From: Convolutriloba macropyga
Taxonomy: Eukaryota
Assembly (NCBI RefSeq): GCF_964194025.1
Contig: NC_134468.1
Location: 47,616,001 to 47,680,000, forward strand
DNA length: 64,000 nucleotides
Direction of reading: 5' to 3'
The notes beneath the pieces are model-generated. The model did no database searches. It was given only the letters and a program-made list of their open reading frames with translations, and was not told where the DNA came from. Positions 27,700 through 41,482 of the stretch are shown here, one piece after another; the first letter of the stretch is position 1; each line of letters begins with the position of its first letter. The position numbers and the translations under genes are program-made.

Positions 27700-30386
27700 C
27701 TCGCGTGCCAAAAGTCTGCAGTGCCATTAGTTATCACTTAGCCAGGAGTCCAATTCCGTTGCAACTTTATAACGTTCGCGTTTGCTTCGTGTTTTAAGCC
27801 TGGCTATGCAACTCATTGCAGAAGTAACTTCGAGCTTCTGACATAATAGTCACACGAACCGCTTCAATGTTCTTTTAAAAAAACGTCAAAGGTTCTCTGT
27901 GACTTCAAACAAAGCGGGACTAAAAATTTCTCGACTGTTTTGAGGCGAACCCCAGTGATACAAACGGCGTAAAGAAAATCTAGCGGATTGGAGGATGGTC
28001 TGAAACAATTTAACAAGTTCTCAAAAACAGGAATACTATCGAACGCAATAAAAAACCTAACAGCAGAGCTCTCCTCGGGAATCTTCTCGCCAAAGGAAAC
28101 AATCAATGGAAAAACTGTACTTGAATTACTCTATGAAAAACACCCACAACACTCTCAAGCCACTCTAGACTATTTTTTAGCCCCTTTATTAATTTCCATT
28201 TCATACCGCGCTTATATACTTGAAAACTTCATTAAGGCGGCAATTCTCAAAGCGGGCTTGAAGAACTATGGCAGCTACGGTCATGTGCCGCATTTTCAGA
28301 CGCAAAGGAAAAAAGAAGAAATCTGAATGGCTTGAAAGAGAAATCAGTCAATATTGTGAAAAAGAAAAGGGAATTGTTATCGTATTAGCCAGCAAAAAAA
28401 ACTACTGATAAAAAGTTGTTATCCTATTATGTTTGTCTCATATCACTCAAAAAAACCCTGGAGTTAAACTAATTAGCGTTGGAGAAGCCTTGCGTCATGT
28501 TTTTGAGAAGTGTGTTATGAAGCACTTTTAATGTGGCTTACTGCTCCTTGGAGGAATTAGCCAGCTCTGCTTAGGCCAAAATTTAGGCAATGACTTTGCT
28601 ATAAATTCAGTGTGTTGTGCTTATGATTCTCCCATTTATGAACCAGTACTTCTTATATACTTTCTAAAAGAAATACTGCATTCAATTGCTCAATCAACAA
28701 ATGATTTTTGAAAATATAAAAAAAAATTGCCCTGTTTTCTGCTACCTTGCTCAAAATTGATAAACAATCCCGTGCGACCAGTGTGTAGTTGTCATCCGCT
28801 AGCAGTCCAAGAATCCACTAGCCAGGGAGATCTTATTGCAATGGCAACGTTTGGTATGAAGCAATAATCGCATTGATTGACTTCATGTAGAACTCCAGGA
28901 GAAAATCAAAAACGGAGCGCCGACAATTGAAGACAGGTAGGAGGCTTAAAAACCTGCTGAATCTGTTCATGGACTTACTCGGTCACGATAAGCTCATTCG
29001 ATACCTAAAATATGCTTCAAAAATCAATTGGTTGAAAAATTCAGCTTGCTTAAATTTTCAGAGCAAAACTTTTCCACATTGTAGATCGCTGCACTGTTTT
29101 TGAATCAACTCTTGGCAATGAAGTTTTACCTGGAGTCTCCTCAGTGATAAAATTTTTTCTGAGCTGCTTCAGAAACTGGGAACCCGCAAAAATCAATTCT
29201 GCAGAAACCGTTAGTCATGTTAAACGTGAAGTTTTCCATAACAATTTGCTTTTTTTGTTCGAACAATTGCTAATACTCAGAACTGTTTCCTAGATGCGGG
29301 GAAAAATAAGCAAAACTTTAAAAAACGTTGTTTTGCGACTCGCCCGTCACTGATGCACGCCAAATTCCTTTCGCAACCGACTTCAAATCGCGGAGCCAAT
29401 GAAATAAAACACTAACTACAATTAGTCAGGCGCTGCTGTAAAGCCCATTGGAACGGACGTCATGGACGATGCACGCCAATTTCATTCGCCATCAAGACCG
29501 TTGGAAAGAAGGTATCAGCCATTTTTTCTTCATTTGGGATAAAATTAGATAAGACAAACGCAATGCTGCACTTGACTTAAAGGTTTAAAGCTTGGACAAC
29601 AGATCTTTTTTGCGGGTTACTCAAAAACAAATGTCATTTTGGCATCCAAAAAAGAGCCTCGAAGTAGATTATTGGCTTGAAAGTGAAGGCGTAGGGTTTT
29701 ATGTTGAGAAAAAGGGATTTCCGCAACCTTTTTGTGCTTTCGGTACAATCTCAAAAAAGAGACCTATCTAACGGCATTAAGGGGAAAAATTACACTAACC
29801 TATGCTCTCCACTGTGCAAAGGTACTTAGAAGCTGCACTACAAACTTAGAGACACATTCACGAAGTCAATGCATGACGCTTTCAATGACGTGGATTTTGA
29901 GCCATCACTCCAGTTGTTAGAAGATGAAGTCTTTCACAACAATTCTAACAGCACTGGGATTAACGCCTACTGATCAACGCAAACAACTTGTGGGGTCCAG
30001 GTTCACCAGATCGTTGTTCGACATGAGAACGATTAATTTGTCGGCTAAGTAATGGCCAAGGCAGATAAAGAGGAATTGAAACAACACGAGGCATTTAGAA
30101 AATCTAAATAAGAACCTATTTTGGAAATTGAAAATTGCAATTCCGTTTGGTTTTTGTTTAGCTGCGTGAGAAGCGAGTGATGCTCTGCAACACGTACTAT
30201 CAAGTGAATTGCGACAAAAATCTTCGAAAAACAATGATGACACAAACTCAGACGCAAAAACACATATTCGCATTCCTACGCAGCGAAATCATCTGTCTCA
30301 GAGGCTGCCTTGTTACTAGAATTGTTACTGTGGTTGATAATAACTGTAGTGTTCAGTGTGTAGAAGAGGAGTTAAACACAAGTTAG
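27700..30386 (+). mobile_element. Decayed CRE-clade retrotransposon copy
   Basis: KQFNKFSKTGILSNAIKNLTAELSSGIFSP, LYEKHP, QGDLIAMA, FAFLRSEIICLRGC. Confidence 0.8.
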
Positions 30387-30989
30387 TAGTGGTTTTTCAA
30401 CGTTTTGATGCAGCTCCTGAAGTCTAGCATTGTGCTATAAGTTTAAAACCCAATGCGCCAAATTTAAATCCGCTGCTGTGATGTTCCAATGTGGAGGTTA
30501 AGTGTTCTTCAATTGGGTTGATCAAGCTGTTCCTAATTATTGTGTATTTTTGGAGAATAAATCTCTACTCACCAGTTGTAGTAGTTGAAAATTCTGGGCA
30601 TTACTTACAATCACGGGGGTCAGCAGCCCTGTCTTTGGTCCATGGTACAGCGCATAAAATTAAACAAGTCATTCTCGATGCATATCGCGGAGTTGAAAAT
30701 TTAATGAAAATAGAAGCGATCTAAATGAAACAATTGGAACCGCATTTAAATGCGATCGACGAATACGTGGTGCGGGACTTGACATTGAAGTATTATTTCA
30801 AATGCAAAAATTTTTGACTTTTGAATTTCAAAAATTTTTCTGATACATGTTGATTCGAAATTATGTCAACCCCAACAAGTAAGGGATAACAGCAGACAGG
30901 AATGAAAGTAAAAACTCCTTTTCAAGAATTGAAAACAAATAACCGTGAATTTCAAAAACTCCAGTAAAGAACTGCCTCTTATAACACTC

Positions 30990-33360
30990 ACGTGCCGCAA
31001 GTTTGCAGTGGCATTAGTGAAAAATTCGATTTCCGTTGTAATTATAAAATGTACGCGTTTGTTTCGAGTTTTTGCACTGTTACGTGACCCGGCAGAAAAT
31101 CTGAATAAATATCACGAATCGCTTTTTGCTGCTTCTCAGGGACTTCAAACAAAGTGGCCCAAAAATTTGTTGACTGTTTTGTCAAATCTTTGAAATTCTT
31201 TGCTGAGGAGGAACGGTTTGAAGGCTTCTCATTTAGGATCACAGCAATTTTTCAACTCTTAATTTTTGCATGCGGGAAAACTGTAAATGATGGGTTTGTG
31301 ACCGAAAGCTTACAAGGTGGCTTCCAATTTCGAAAAGATCAATTAGACGAATTTTCTCTGAGGCAAAATCCCTGCAAAACAAACTTTCAAAAAAATTCTA
31401 AGCGGAATGAAGGATGCTCTGAAACACTTTAACCATTTTATGGACACAGGAAAAATTTGGAACACAAATAATTGCCTAGCAGCAGAGCTCTCCTCAGGAA
31501 TCGCCGAGGAATAAAATCATTGGAAAATTGAAATTAAAATTTTCCATGAAAAACACTCATAACGTTCTCTAGCCAATCTAATTTTTTTGACCCGCAAGCC
31601 TTCAATTCTTTTATATACCAGCCCACTATAATTGAAAACGTCAGCGGTGTCCTTGAAAACCAATGGCAGCCACGGTAAACTCAATTTCAAACGCAAAGAA
31701 TTGCTGGCAGGTTCTGAATGGCTTCAAAGAGAATTCAGCCAATAATGCGCAAACTTTATCCAAATTGCTATCAGATCAGCCAGTGAAAAATTACTAACAA
31801 TTATTTGGCCGCATACAAGGCCTTTAGGCTCATACCACTCAAAAAAGACGTTGGAGTTAGACCATTTGGCATTGGAGAAACCACGCTACTTAATTTTGGG
31901 AAGCGTATCATGAAGCGAATTGAAAATGATCTCCTGTTCTTTGAATGTATTAGCCAGCTTCGCCAGGCCAGAAATGTTGAATTGAGTGTGCTAAATACTG
32001 CATGCGTTGTGGTTATGATTTTCCCGAAAACAGAAATCCTTTTAGACGCCAAATTTGCATTCAATCGCTCAACCGACCTTTTGTTTTGGACATATAAAAA
32101 ATTTCCTTGTTTCCATCTGCGCTGATCAAATTCCCTCAGCCCCGTGCAAACTGTGTTTAGCCGTTATTTGATAGCAGTCCTAAGAATACAGCAACCAGGG
32201 AGATCCCACAGCCATGGCAATTTATGGTATAGCATTAGTCAGAATGATGAGCAGCATGTGCAACTACAATGGAACGCAAAAGTGATGCACAGACAATCGC
32301 ATTCCTGTAGGAAGTTTGGAGAACCTGCTCAAATTGTTGATTGACGTATCCAATCATGGTAATCTTACTGAATACCCAGAAGATGCTTCCAAATGCCAAT
32401 TGATTGTAAGGGAGCACGCAAAATTCTGATCTCTTTATTTTTTAGACGAAATGATATTGATATTGTAGATGGCTGCAGTGTTGTTTTCGGGATAAGTCCT
32501 TGGCGGTGGAGACTTTCCTGAAACCTGCATAGCAAATAATTTACGAATTATTTTTTCCAGAGTTTTTCAACAAAAATTAATTTTCTTGTTCGAACAATTC
32601 CTAACGCTCTCTTTCTCAGAACGATTTCTTTCAAGCGAAGACAAATATTCAAAAGTTCATCTAGACATCGTTTTACGGTTCATCGTCACCAAAGATGAAC
32701 GCCAATTGTTTTCGCTAGCAACTCAACATCATGGAGCTAACCGAAATCGACACTGACTGCGCACTGCATTTTTTGGGGAAAATTCAAACTAACCCACGCT
32801 ATCTATTGTGCAAAATGGTTTATACTAAGAAGCGGAACAACCAAATTAGCGACAGGTTCGCGAAAATATTGCATGACGTTTTCTATGACGTCTAAGTTGA
32901 GCCATCACTTCAGTTGTTAGAAGGCGAAATCTTTCACAACAAATCTAATAGCACTGATATTAACGCTCATTGATCAAAGCAAATAGCTTTTGGGGGTCCA
33001 GATTCAACAGATTGTTCATCGTTTTGAGAACAATTATTTGTTTGCTATGTCATGGCCAAAGAAGCTAAAGAGTCATAGAAATATCACGAGGCAATTAAAA
33101 ATCTGAATAACAATTTATTTTCGGAAATAGGAGAAAGCGATTTTGTTCCGCCTTTTTTCTGTGTGGGAGGCGCATGGTGGTCTGAGAAACTTACTTTAAA
33201 GCAAATGGCAACAAAAATCTTTGCAGGAAAAGATGACATATTTTCGGAAAAAAATTCTGTTCAGACAAAGATAGGTTTTGAACCCCTACACAGCGCTATT
33301 GAATGTGTCAGGGGCTGTCGTGATAGAAAACGTGTAATCCTAGATTGGATACTTGAATAG
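30990..33360 (+). mobile_element. Decayed CRE-clade retrotransposon copy
   Basis: AYKAFRLIPLKKDVGVRPFGIGE, LDAKFAFN, QGDPTAMAIYG, EPSLQLLEGE, SAIECVRGCR. Confidence 0.8.
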
Positions 33361-34099
33361 ATACTAGATTCAAAAGTACTCTGAAATTCTAGTTAACAGT
33401 TGTCATGTTGCTCAATTCGAAGGTTACACTTTAATGCATATGCATCAAAACATTGAAATGTTCCAAAATGTTACTGAAACGGTAGAAAGTTACTTAGAGC
33501 TTAAAACTAAATTAAAAGATCTTGAAGAAATTTATAAAAACGAAATTTAAACGAAATTTCTGAAATTTTTGTTTGTAACAATCAACAATTTTCAAGGAAC
33601 CTCTCACTTTAATGCTTTGTTTCTTATTTAATTTGAAAACATTTATTTTGTAAATAGAATAACATCAAGTTGCATTTCACTTTCGCTGGATATAGCATTA
33701 ACGTTTGTGCAGTAAAGATTCTAATTGCTTTTTTCTTTGACAACCAATTAATTTAATCACTTGCATATAGGTCTTCCAGGTGATGAAGCACATAGTCTCC
33801 AGGAGCTAGCAGAACTCTTTGTTTGTCCTCAAGCATAATTGATAACTCCACCAGGACGAGGATAGAGAACTGCACACACACTAGATGTAATTTCACAAAA
33901 TAAATGACATTTTGAGGAGCCTGCTCAACGGGAAAAAGGAAAACCAAAACTGGGTAAGAACCACGTAGAGCAAGACAAAAGCGTCTTGCGAGGCTAGGAA
34001 ACTTGTTACTTAGGGACGGAAGTGCCCGATTTTAGAGCCAAATTCCCAATCTTGGCGCTGTTGTGTGGCATAGTTCTACCCCCATTGACTATTTTAATT

Positions 34100-35830
34100 G
34101 TTGAGCCTGAGTAATGGTGAACGAGAGCTGATTTTAAAACAAATCAAAACTTAGAAAAACGTGAGAATGATAACTCAAAAGTTCACTGCCTGGAAACCTG
34201 TGTAGATAAGAATTTAATTCCTAATTTTCTGAGGCTCCCTGTTCCGAATGACGTCTTCAGCCGTTCCGAATGACTGCTGCTACTCTGAGCTGGCAGTTAA
34301 AATCTTTCAACGTTGATTACAAAATGACCAGTTGAGAATAGAATAAATATTGTTTGTATGATTGACCTGCGTCAGAAATCTGAGAAATGGAGGTCAGAAA
34401 TGGGAAAGTCTAAAAAGTTTGCAAATTGAAAGAAAACAATTCAAAAAGAATAAATCCAAAGCTTGAAAAATTCTTCTATTTTTATCGTCAAGATAGAACG
34501 TTGAGAAAAACGCCGAGTTAGTCAGAAGCCTGGACGCGCTAAGCCTACAAGTAGTTGTCAAAGAAATTCTATCTTAACGGCCAAACACCCAATTAACACA
34601 AACTTAATGAATCCCCTATTTTGGCAGACATTATCAAGTTAGTGAGTAGTTTGAGAGAAATTTTTGTTGCCTTGAAAAGATTCGTGGAGTAGAGGCGTCC
34701 GCCGAATGGTACGCAAAGAATTTAAGGGAGAAACCAACGGATTGAAGAATATCAAGTGTGGCAAACTTTCTTAAAATAAGGAAAATTTCAGTTGTGGTTT
34801 TCTATTAGGTTTGTTGACAATTGTCCTGAAAAATCATAATATCAATCAAAAAAGAACAAAATAAACAAAAAGAACCGACGAACAGATAGAACTCATTTTT
34901 CAAGGACAGGAACAACAAATGACAAGATAATCCGCAAAATAGAAAAAGACATTAGCGGAAATTTTCCAATTGTTAACCAAACTAGAAAACAAAAATTATT
35001 TGCAAGATAAGTAGATGGCATAAATTGCATCGTAAAGGACAACGCTAAAAATTTGCTTCAATAAAATTTGGGTTCACAATAAAAAATATGGACAAAAACA
35101 TGAATTAGCCTTCCTGTAAAAGGCAGCATACGTTGATGAACAAAGAGACCTTTCCTGTAAATGGTACCAAAAGCCAACAGACACTTGAACAATTCTATAT
35201 TTCTTTGCCTACGTTCTCCTCCAGCATATGAAAGTTATTTTATAGTGTACTATCAATAGGTTTTTTGATCTAAAAGCAATCCGCAATCCACCCTAAATAT
35301 CAACGAAACATTTGTTGAAATAATCAATTACAAAAAATTGGTCGTCAGGCATTGTAAATCACACAATTGGAAAATTTTTCGGGAGTTTAGAAAAACTTCT
35401 GTTGGAAAAATTTTCTTTACTAGGTTTTTCTGAAAAGACCTCATAAATAACAGCGGAATATAAGTCAAGCGATAAACCAAAACTAAAGAAAACAGCCACA
35501 CATTTCTGAGAGTATAGAGTCCAATTATGCATTAGACACAACGAAAAGATACAAAAGAAAACTCACCTTATTGTGATATAGACAATACGGAAACTAAAAT
35601 CCTGCCTACAATGCATAAAGTCTAATTTTGACCAGCATCTAAAGTTGCTCATGATTTACAAAAAAACATGTTGCAATCCCACCTATGCCGGACAAATTTG
35701 CAGACACATAACCACGCGGAAAGCTGAGCATCAAAAAGACTCACCGAATAGTCAACATGTGAGCGAACGTTGTGGTACACCACGAGGGTCTGATTGACGT
35801 ATAATAGAAGAGTGTCTAGCAAAGTGCTGA
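34100..35830 (+). mobile_element. Decayed Penelope-like retroelement (GIY-YIG endonuclease remnant)
   Basis: N-terminal LETCVDKNLIPNFL near 34190. C-terminal TCCNPTYAGQICRHITTRKAEHQK at ~35665-35740 matches the GIY-YIG pattern Y(V/I)GQT.R....R..EH. Confidence 0.65.
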
Positions 35831-36179
35831 AAGTTCAAAATACAATTCGCTAAATTTGAATCCACTGCTATAAAGTTTCAAAGTGGGTAATAGCTGAACC
35901 GTCCATTGGGTCGATCATACCCTTTCCCATTTTTGTTGTATTGTAGAATAATAAACCTCTGCTCATCCCCAAATCCCCCAACTTCAGCAGTAGGAGAAGC
36001 AGTAGTAGTAGNNNNNNNNNNNNNNNNNNNNNNNNNNNNNNNNNNNNNNNNNNNNNNNNNNNNNNNNNNNNNNNNNNNNNNNNNNNNNNNNNNNNNNNNN
36101 NNNNNNNNNNNNNNNNNNNNNNNNNNNNNNNNNNNNNNNNNNNNNNNNNNNNNNNNNNNNNNNNNNNNNNNNNNNNNNN

Positions 36180-36450
36180 CTAGACGCGCTCCTGGGGGGC
36201 AACGGAAAACGTGGATGAGTCAAATCGAAGGAGACTATGTACGAAACAAAGTATCGTTCACCAGATTGCAGGAGAAAAGTATCGTTCACCAGATTGCAGG
36301 AGAAAGCAGCAACCGGGTCAGAGAATGCCTTCAACAATTTCGTCGTACAGCACTTCACAGAATAACCAAACAAATAACTCTTCTTGTTTTGTTTGTATTT
36401 GTTGCCAACCGTGCCTTTATTTCATATTTGGAATTAAAGTGTTGAAACAG
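36180..36450 (+). mobile_element. 3' end of RTE-clade LINE family A
   Basis: Near-identical to 45443-45682 with an internal 27-bp duplication. Ends ggaattaaagtgttgaaacag before (TAG)n. Confidence 0.9.
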
Positions 36451-36491
36451 TAGTAGTAGTAGTAATAGTAGTAGTAGTGGTAGTAGTAGTG

Positions 36492-36544
<53 letters not shown>

Positions 36545-36591
36545 TGTAGTATTTGTAGTAGTAGTATTTGTAGTAGTAGTAGTAGTAGTGT
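36451..36591 (+). repeat. (TAG)n microsatellite tail of the RTE element
   Basis: Directly visible. It resumes after the gap at 36739-36746. Further TAG runs at 36001-36011, 50804-50820 and 51577-51591. Confidence 0.97.
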
Positions 36592-36746
36592 NNNNNNNNN
36601 NNNNNNNNNNNNNNNNNNNNNNNNNNNNNNNNNNNNNNNNNNNNNNNNNNNNNNNNNNNNNNNNNNNNNNNNNNNNNNNNNNNNNNNNNNNNNNNNNNNN
36701 NNNNNNNNNNNNNNNNNNNNNNNNNNNNNNNNNNNNNNGTAGTAGT

Positions 36747-37478
36747 TGCCACACGCGTGTTTTTCCTGCAAAGTACAAGATGTTCTCGGAAACGAATTTG
36801 AAAACATAGAAGCGTTCAAGTATCTCGGATCATATGTCAGCCTCAAGCATGGAGACCTGCAGGAAGTCAATTGCAAACTTGCAGAAGGTAGACAACGGTT
36901 TGCTAACTTCCAAAATCTCTGGAAGAGCAAGCAGCTCAGCGTGCACCTCAAGTGCAATTTGTACAAAGCACTCGTTTTATCAGCCGTGCTGTACAGCTCA
37001 GAGACTTGGACTCTTTCGAAATTAATTGAGAGAAAACTTGAGAGTTTCCACTGTGGTTGTCTTCGGAGAATTCTACGTGTGTCATATCTGGAGAAAACAA
37101 CGAACGAAGAAATTATGTCAAGATCACGAATGCCCCAACTATCCCGATGATCATGCTCAAACGGATAAAATGGTACGGACACATCCAGAGAATGGAACCA
37201 GGAAGATTAGCCGCAGTGCCTTCGATTGGGACCCGCCCGATCAATACGTCCATGCTAGACGCGCCTCCTGGGGGGCAACGGAAAACGTGGATGAGTCAAA
37301 TCGAAGGAGACTGTGTACGAAACAAAGTATCGTTCACCAGATTGCAGGAGAAAGCAGCAACCGGGTCAAAGAATGCCTTCAACAATTTCGTCGTACAGCA
37401 CTTCACAGAATAACCAAACAAATAACTCTTCTTGTTTTGTTTGTATTTGTTGCCAACCGTGCCTTTATTTCATATTTG
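36747..37478 (+). mobile_element. 5'-truncated RTE-clade LINE family A copy
   Basis: Near-identical to 44933-45682 (FKYLGS..LYSSETWTL..WYGHIQRM). Starts directly after gtagtagt. Confidence 0.92.
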
Positions 37479-39045
37479 NNNNNNNNNNNNNNNNNNNNNN
37501 NNNNNNNNNNNNNNNNNNNNNNNNNNNNNNNNNNNNNNNNNNNNNNNNNNNNNNNNNNNNNNNNNNNNNNNNNNNNNNNNNNNNNNNNNNNNNNNNNNNN
37601 NNNNNNNNNNNNNNNNNNNNNNNNNNNNNNNNNNNNNNNNNNNNNNNNNNNNNNNNNNNNNNNNNNNNNNNNNNNNNNNNNNNNNNNNNNNNNNNNNNNN
37701 NNNNNNNNNNNNNNNNNNNNNNNNNNNNNNNNNNNNNNNNNNNNNNNNNNNNNNNNNNNNNNNNNNNNNNNNNNNNNNNNNNNNNNNNNNNNNNNNNNNG
37801 CTATTCGGAGCAGCGGGGGTCCGTATCAGCGGCTGTCCCAGACGCCGCTGCTCAGTGTGATCAACTACGTCCTATGTGCAGAGCCTAGACTAGGGGCCCT
37901 AGACAGCGGAAACCTGGCTGGGAGGGTAGCTCGACATCGCTACTATTAGATAAGACCTTAACATTTAACTTGCCGGACGGAAAAATGCCCACTACCGGCC
38001 TAGTAGTGGACCCTAATATCGTGGGTGATCAGACCTAGCTGCTACACCCCTTTTTAGCACAGAAGTGAGTGATAATATTTTTTCATAGGCTGATTTCTGC
38101 ACATTCCTAAGGCTCTTGAAAGTGATCTAAAGTTTTTCTGAAAGCTCTCTAGCACCACTACAATTTGTGTTTTCGGCTTTTTCAAATTTCAAGCTATAAA
38201 GATGGGCTAACTTTTTAGTAGTAGGTTGGTGAGCACACCACGCTGCTAGTGCTTATACGTGTGTGAGATTCCCAATTTACATTTTGGATGACTTTTTTTT
38301 GCACCAATATCATTGTTTTGGCCTAGAAAGACATCCTAGTATAGGAATTAGGTATCTAAAATCATTATTTGTGGTGCCTACATAGCGGTGGTTGTGGAAA
38401 GAGAGAGGAGCCTACTGCTAATATTGAAGATAAAAACTTCTCTCATTTTCAACATGTTGTTGATTCACAACACGTTTTTCACTGTCTAGAGCTACAACCT
38501 ACCTGTATGGACACTGCAAGAAAGTATAAAAAGTTTCTACAAGCCTCTGAGTGAAATCTGTGCTCAGTAATAACAGTGACACCTGACACAAAAATTCATC
38601 AAAAAATTGATCACGTAGCCTACTGATAGCCACTACTGGGTAGTCACCCCACTTCTTGCACTTATCCACTTGAAATATTGGTCTCTAATTCTGATCTCAA
38701 TAGAAAACAAGATGTAGCCCCAACATTTGAATTAACGTCTCCTCTTGATCCTTTTCTATATACATGGGCTTTGAAACATGGTTGAAACGGGCCACGGACC
38801 CGACTGCTAGAGCAGTTTTTGAAATGCATAATCCGAGTAACATAAATGTATATATAACGAAAGATAGGCTACACAGTAGCTAAAACAAATTAAAACAATA
38901 AACAAAGGTGAGATTTCATAACAAGGATAATAAAACAACAGTAAGCTTAACACAACATCAACATCACTATAAAACAAAAGAAGTTTAACAAAATTAGCAA
39001 TGAAGTCCTGTCTCACCAGTTTGAGTACTAAAGTTTGTAGGTCTC

Positions 39046-41146
39046 TTACTCGGCCAGCCGATTCACTAGAGCTTTAAGTTTGTCATAGATCTTGTTGACG
39101 GTGTTTTTATGGGGATTTCTACCCAGTTTTTCACGAATGGTTGCCGAAATCTGCTGCTTATTCGGCGTTGTCTTTATTTGAGCAAAAAGTAAAAGTAGGC
39201 CTTTCTCCTCCGCTCTCCAATTAATTCTACCAGAGAATTTGTTTAGACTAGCAATAAACTCCTTCCTCCTCCTGTCCGGGACCACACTCTGGAGTTTTCT
39301 GGCGGATACAGTGGAAGAAAACACCGAGAGATTCTCATCTACGTCTGAGAAATCTTCTTGCTGCGGGTCAAATTCTTCTTCGTCGTCCTCATCCCCCCCT
39401 CACCATCAGACTGAAGATAGTTACCCAATTCCTCTGCTTCTAGGTCGCTGTCATCTTCCATGGCGTCGACGTGTTGTTCATGGGCTTCCACCTCAAACAT
39501 AGCAGTCACGTCCTCCTCATCCATATCCGACTCATTATCACTGAGGTCCTCTCTCACTTCTCTGCTAGCGCTTGGTCCAGCCTTTTGTTCGTACAAATGG
39601 GGGAAAATGGGGTCACCGGGCTCGCTACAATTGAAATAGATGGTCTCTCTGTTCATCTCGTCGAATTCTTCAGGCGTTACGTTAGAGGGGAGGGTTCTGA
39701 TTCTCTCTGTTGGTATGCGAAAAAGCTTCCCATATTCTTGCAGCACCTTCCCTGTATTTATAAGGTCCATCACGTAGTGTCTCGATTCCGTCTTGTCCTC
39801 GTGCGCAGTCTGATTTAAATGTGCTTGGTAGAGTTGTGGATTCTTTTCTTTTTGCCCATACATGTAAGTTGATAACACTCTTCTCATTGATGTCGGGTTA
39901 AAACTTTTAGTGAGGAGGGACTTCGGTGCTACTTCAGTTAACGAGTCCTTCACGAAACGTGCGATCGACTTCTCTTTTTGGTTAAGGATGGTGGGAAATA
40001 TGTACAAGGGCTCCATTCCGGTCTCCTTCCTGAATGCGGAAAACATTTGCTCGAACCATGGGACCTGGGGCACGGTGAGCTCGAATTTCACAGCAAATTG
40101 AGCACCTGTCTTGTGATCTGTTGAGTACACGGGTTCGCCTCGTCGCATTGATGCCCACTGTTCGTATTTTAAGTTGAGAATTGGTCCAGGTCTGGTACCG
40201 GATAAGGAGTGAAAGTAAAAGAAGACCAGACCCTTCAGCAAGTTGTATGAATACTTATCAGACGTCGGACTATCAAGGTGGTCCGTGACACACTGTAACA
40301 TCGATGCACATTCATCTGCTGTCGGGGTCTCTTCCTTCTTCTTGTTCATCAACAAAACTTGATCTTTCTTCATTTGGTGTCTGTAATCACTTGAAATTTC
40401 GCTCAGAACATCAACCCAAATGTCATACGGAAGTCTTATCTGTTTTTGGTTTCGCTTTATGTACCTGAGGTACTTTTTGAGAACGACAATGAAAACAACC
40501 ATACTACTAGCCTTGTAGTTCCCATTCTTCTTTATTTCGTCAATAAATTTCGCTGCTTCGTCATGTCTCTTGAACTGCCCGGTGGTAACCCACAAACGAT
40601 TAAGATGGTGTTGAAAAGTCTTTGTCACGCGTTTATGAACTGCGTCCGTGCTGTTATTCTTTCTGCTAGCTTTCTTCACTAGGTCACGCACAAAATACTC
40701 AAGGAGCACTCCTCCATTCACCTTTGGCTCTCTGATTTGAGTTAACTCGTCTTGAATGAATTCAGGCATCTCTCCTGGGTCCTTGGGGTTGTTGATACGG
40801 ACTATATCACTGTCAAAGTGATCACGGAGGCTGCTGCTAGTCTTCTTATTCCTCTCGTCTCCCTTCTTTTTGTGATCAGTTTGGTTCACGAATCGACGCA
40901 AGCACAGAGTGCAATCATAAACAGGATCTTTACATGACCCGGAACGATTAAAGTGCCTCCTACAATCCAAGAGATACAGTCTCACACTCTTCGTCATCCT
41001 GTAGTGGGATTTTTGGTAGTGCTGTGCCATATCGGCCAATTTCCTTCCGCACACATAACAGCGGGACTTCTTTATCACACGATGCACTCTGGGACTATCC
41101 AAATGTTGGATCTCGTCAAGATCAGAAGCCTCTGATATCGGGTCGG
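39046..41146 (-). CDS. Exon 2 of a tyrosine recombinase (Crypton-like) gene: zinc finger(s), YR catalytic domain, acidic tract, Myb/SANT-like tail; one-base frameshift at 39393-39399
   Basis: SGTRPG (R), DHKTG (K), PTSMRR (box II R), TAHEDKT (H), RHY (Y). C2H2 finger CYVC..HYQKSH. Adding one G to the G7 run joins the 587-aa ORF to the 39046-39324 ORF (..RINWRAEEKGLL). Acceptor TTTTTTTTTAG ends at 41147. Confidence 0.8.
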
Positions 41147-41220
41147 CTAAAAAAAAACTCAGAATGGATACCGTATATATATATAGCTACGAAGTCTGAT
41201 CTCACTAAATAAAAACTTAC

Positions 41221-41482
41221 TGTACATCAAGCGGCCATACGGAGTTCGGTGTGCACTTATTTGCGAGTCTAGCTGGCTGTCCTTATCAATCTCCCGATTT
41301 TCACAATTCCTCGTCTTCTTCTTGGGCGTTGGTGTTGTTAGCTGGGACCGCTTTCTTTTAGTAGTGGGAGCTGACGTGCTTGGGCCAGCAACTTCGGAAG
41401 TTGTCTCAATATAATCATGGCTTTTCAGAACAATTTCATGCGCGGGGAGTTCCGGCGTGAAGGTACAAACTGTATCATCCAT
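41221..41482 (-). CDS. Exon 1 of the tyrosine recombinase gene (basic NLS-like N-terminus)
   Basis: ATG at 41482, TKRKR..PKKKTR. The GTAAGT donor at 41220 and a 74-bp intron (41147-41220) join in frame, phase 1 (..LMY-T-DPISEASDLDEIQHLDSPRV..). Confidence 0.7.

Noticed and set aside
33753-33947. 64-aa minus-strand ORF as a possible host exon
   Set aside because: No recognisable domain and no convincing splice context.
37815-37960. Second HDV-like ribozyme starting GGGGGTC
   Set aside because: I could not build P1, P3/L3 and J4/2 consistently; only a simple hairpin is supported.
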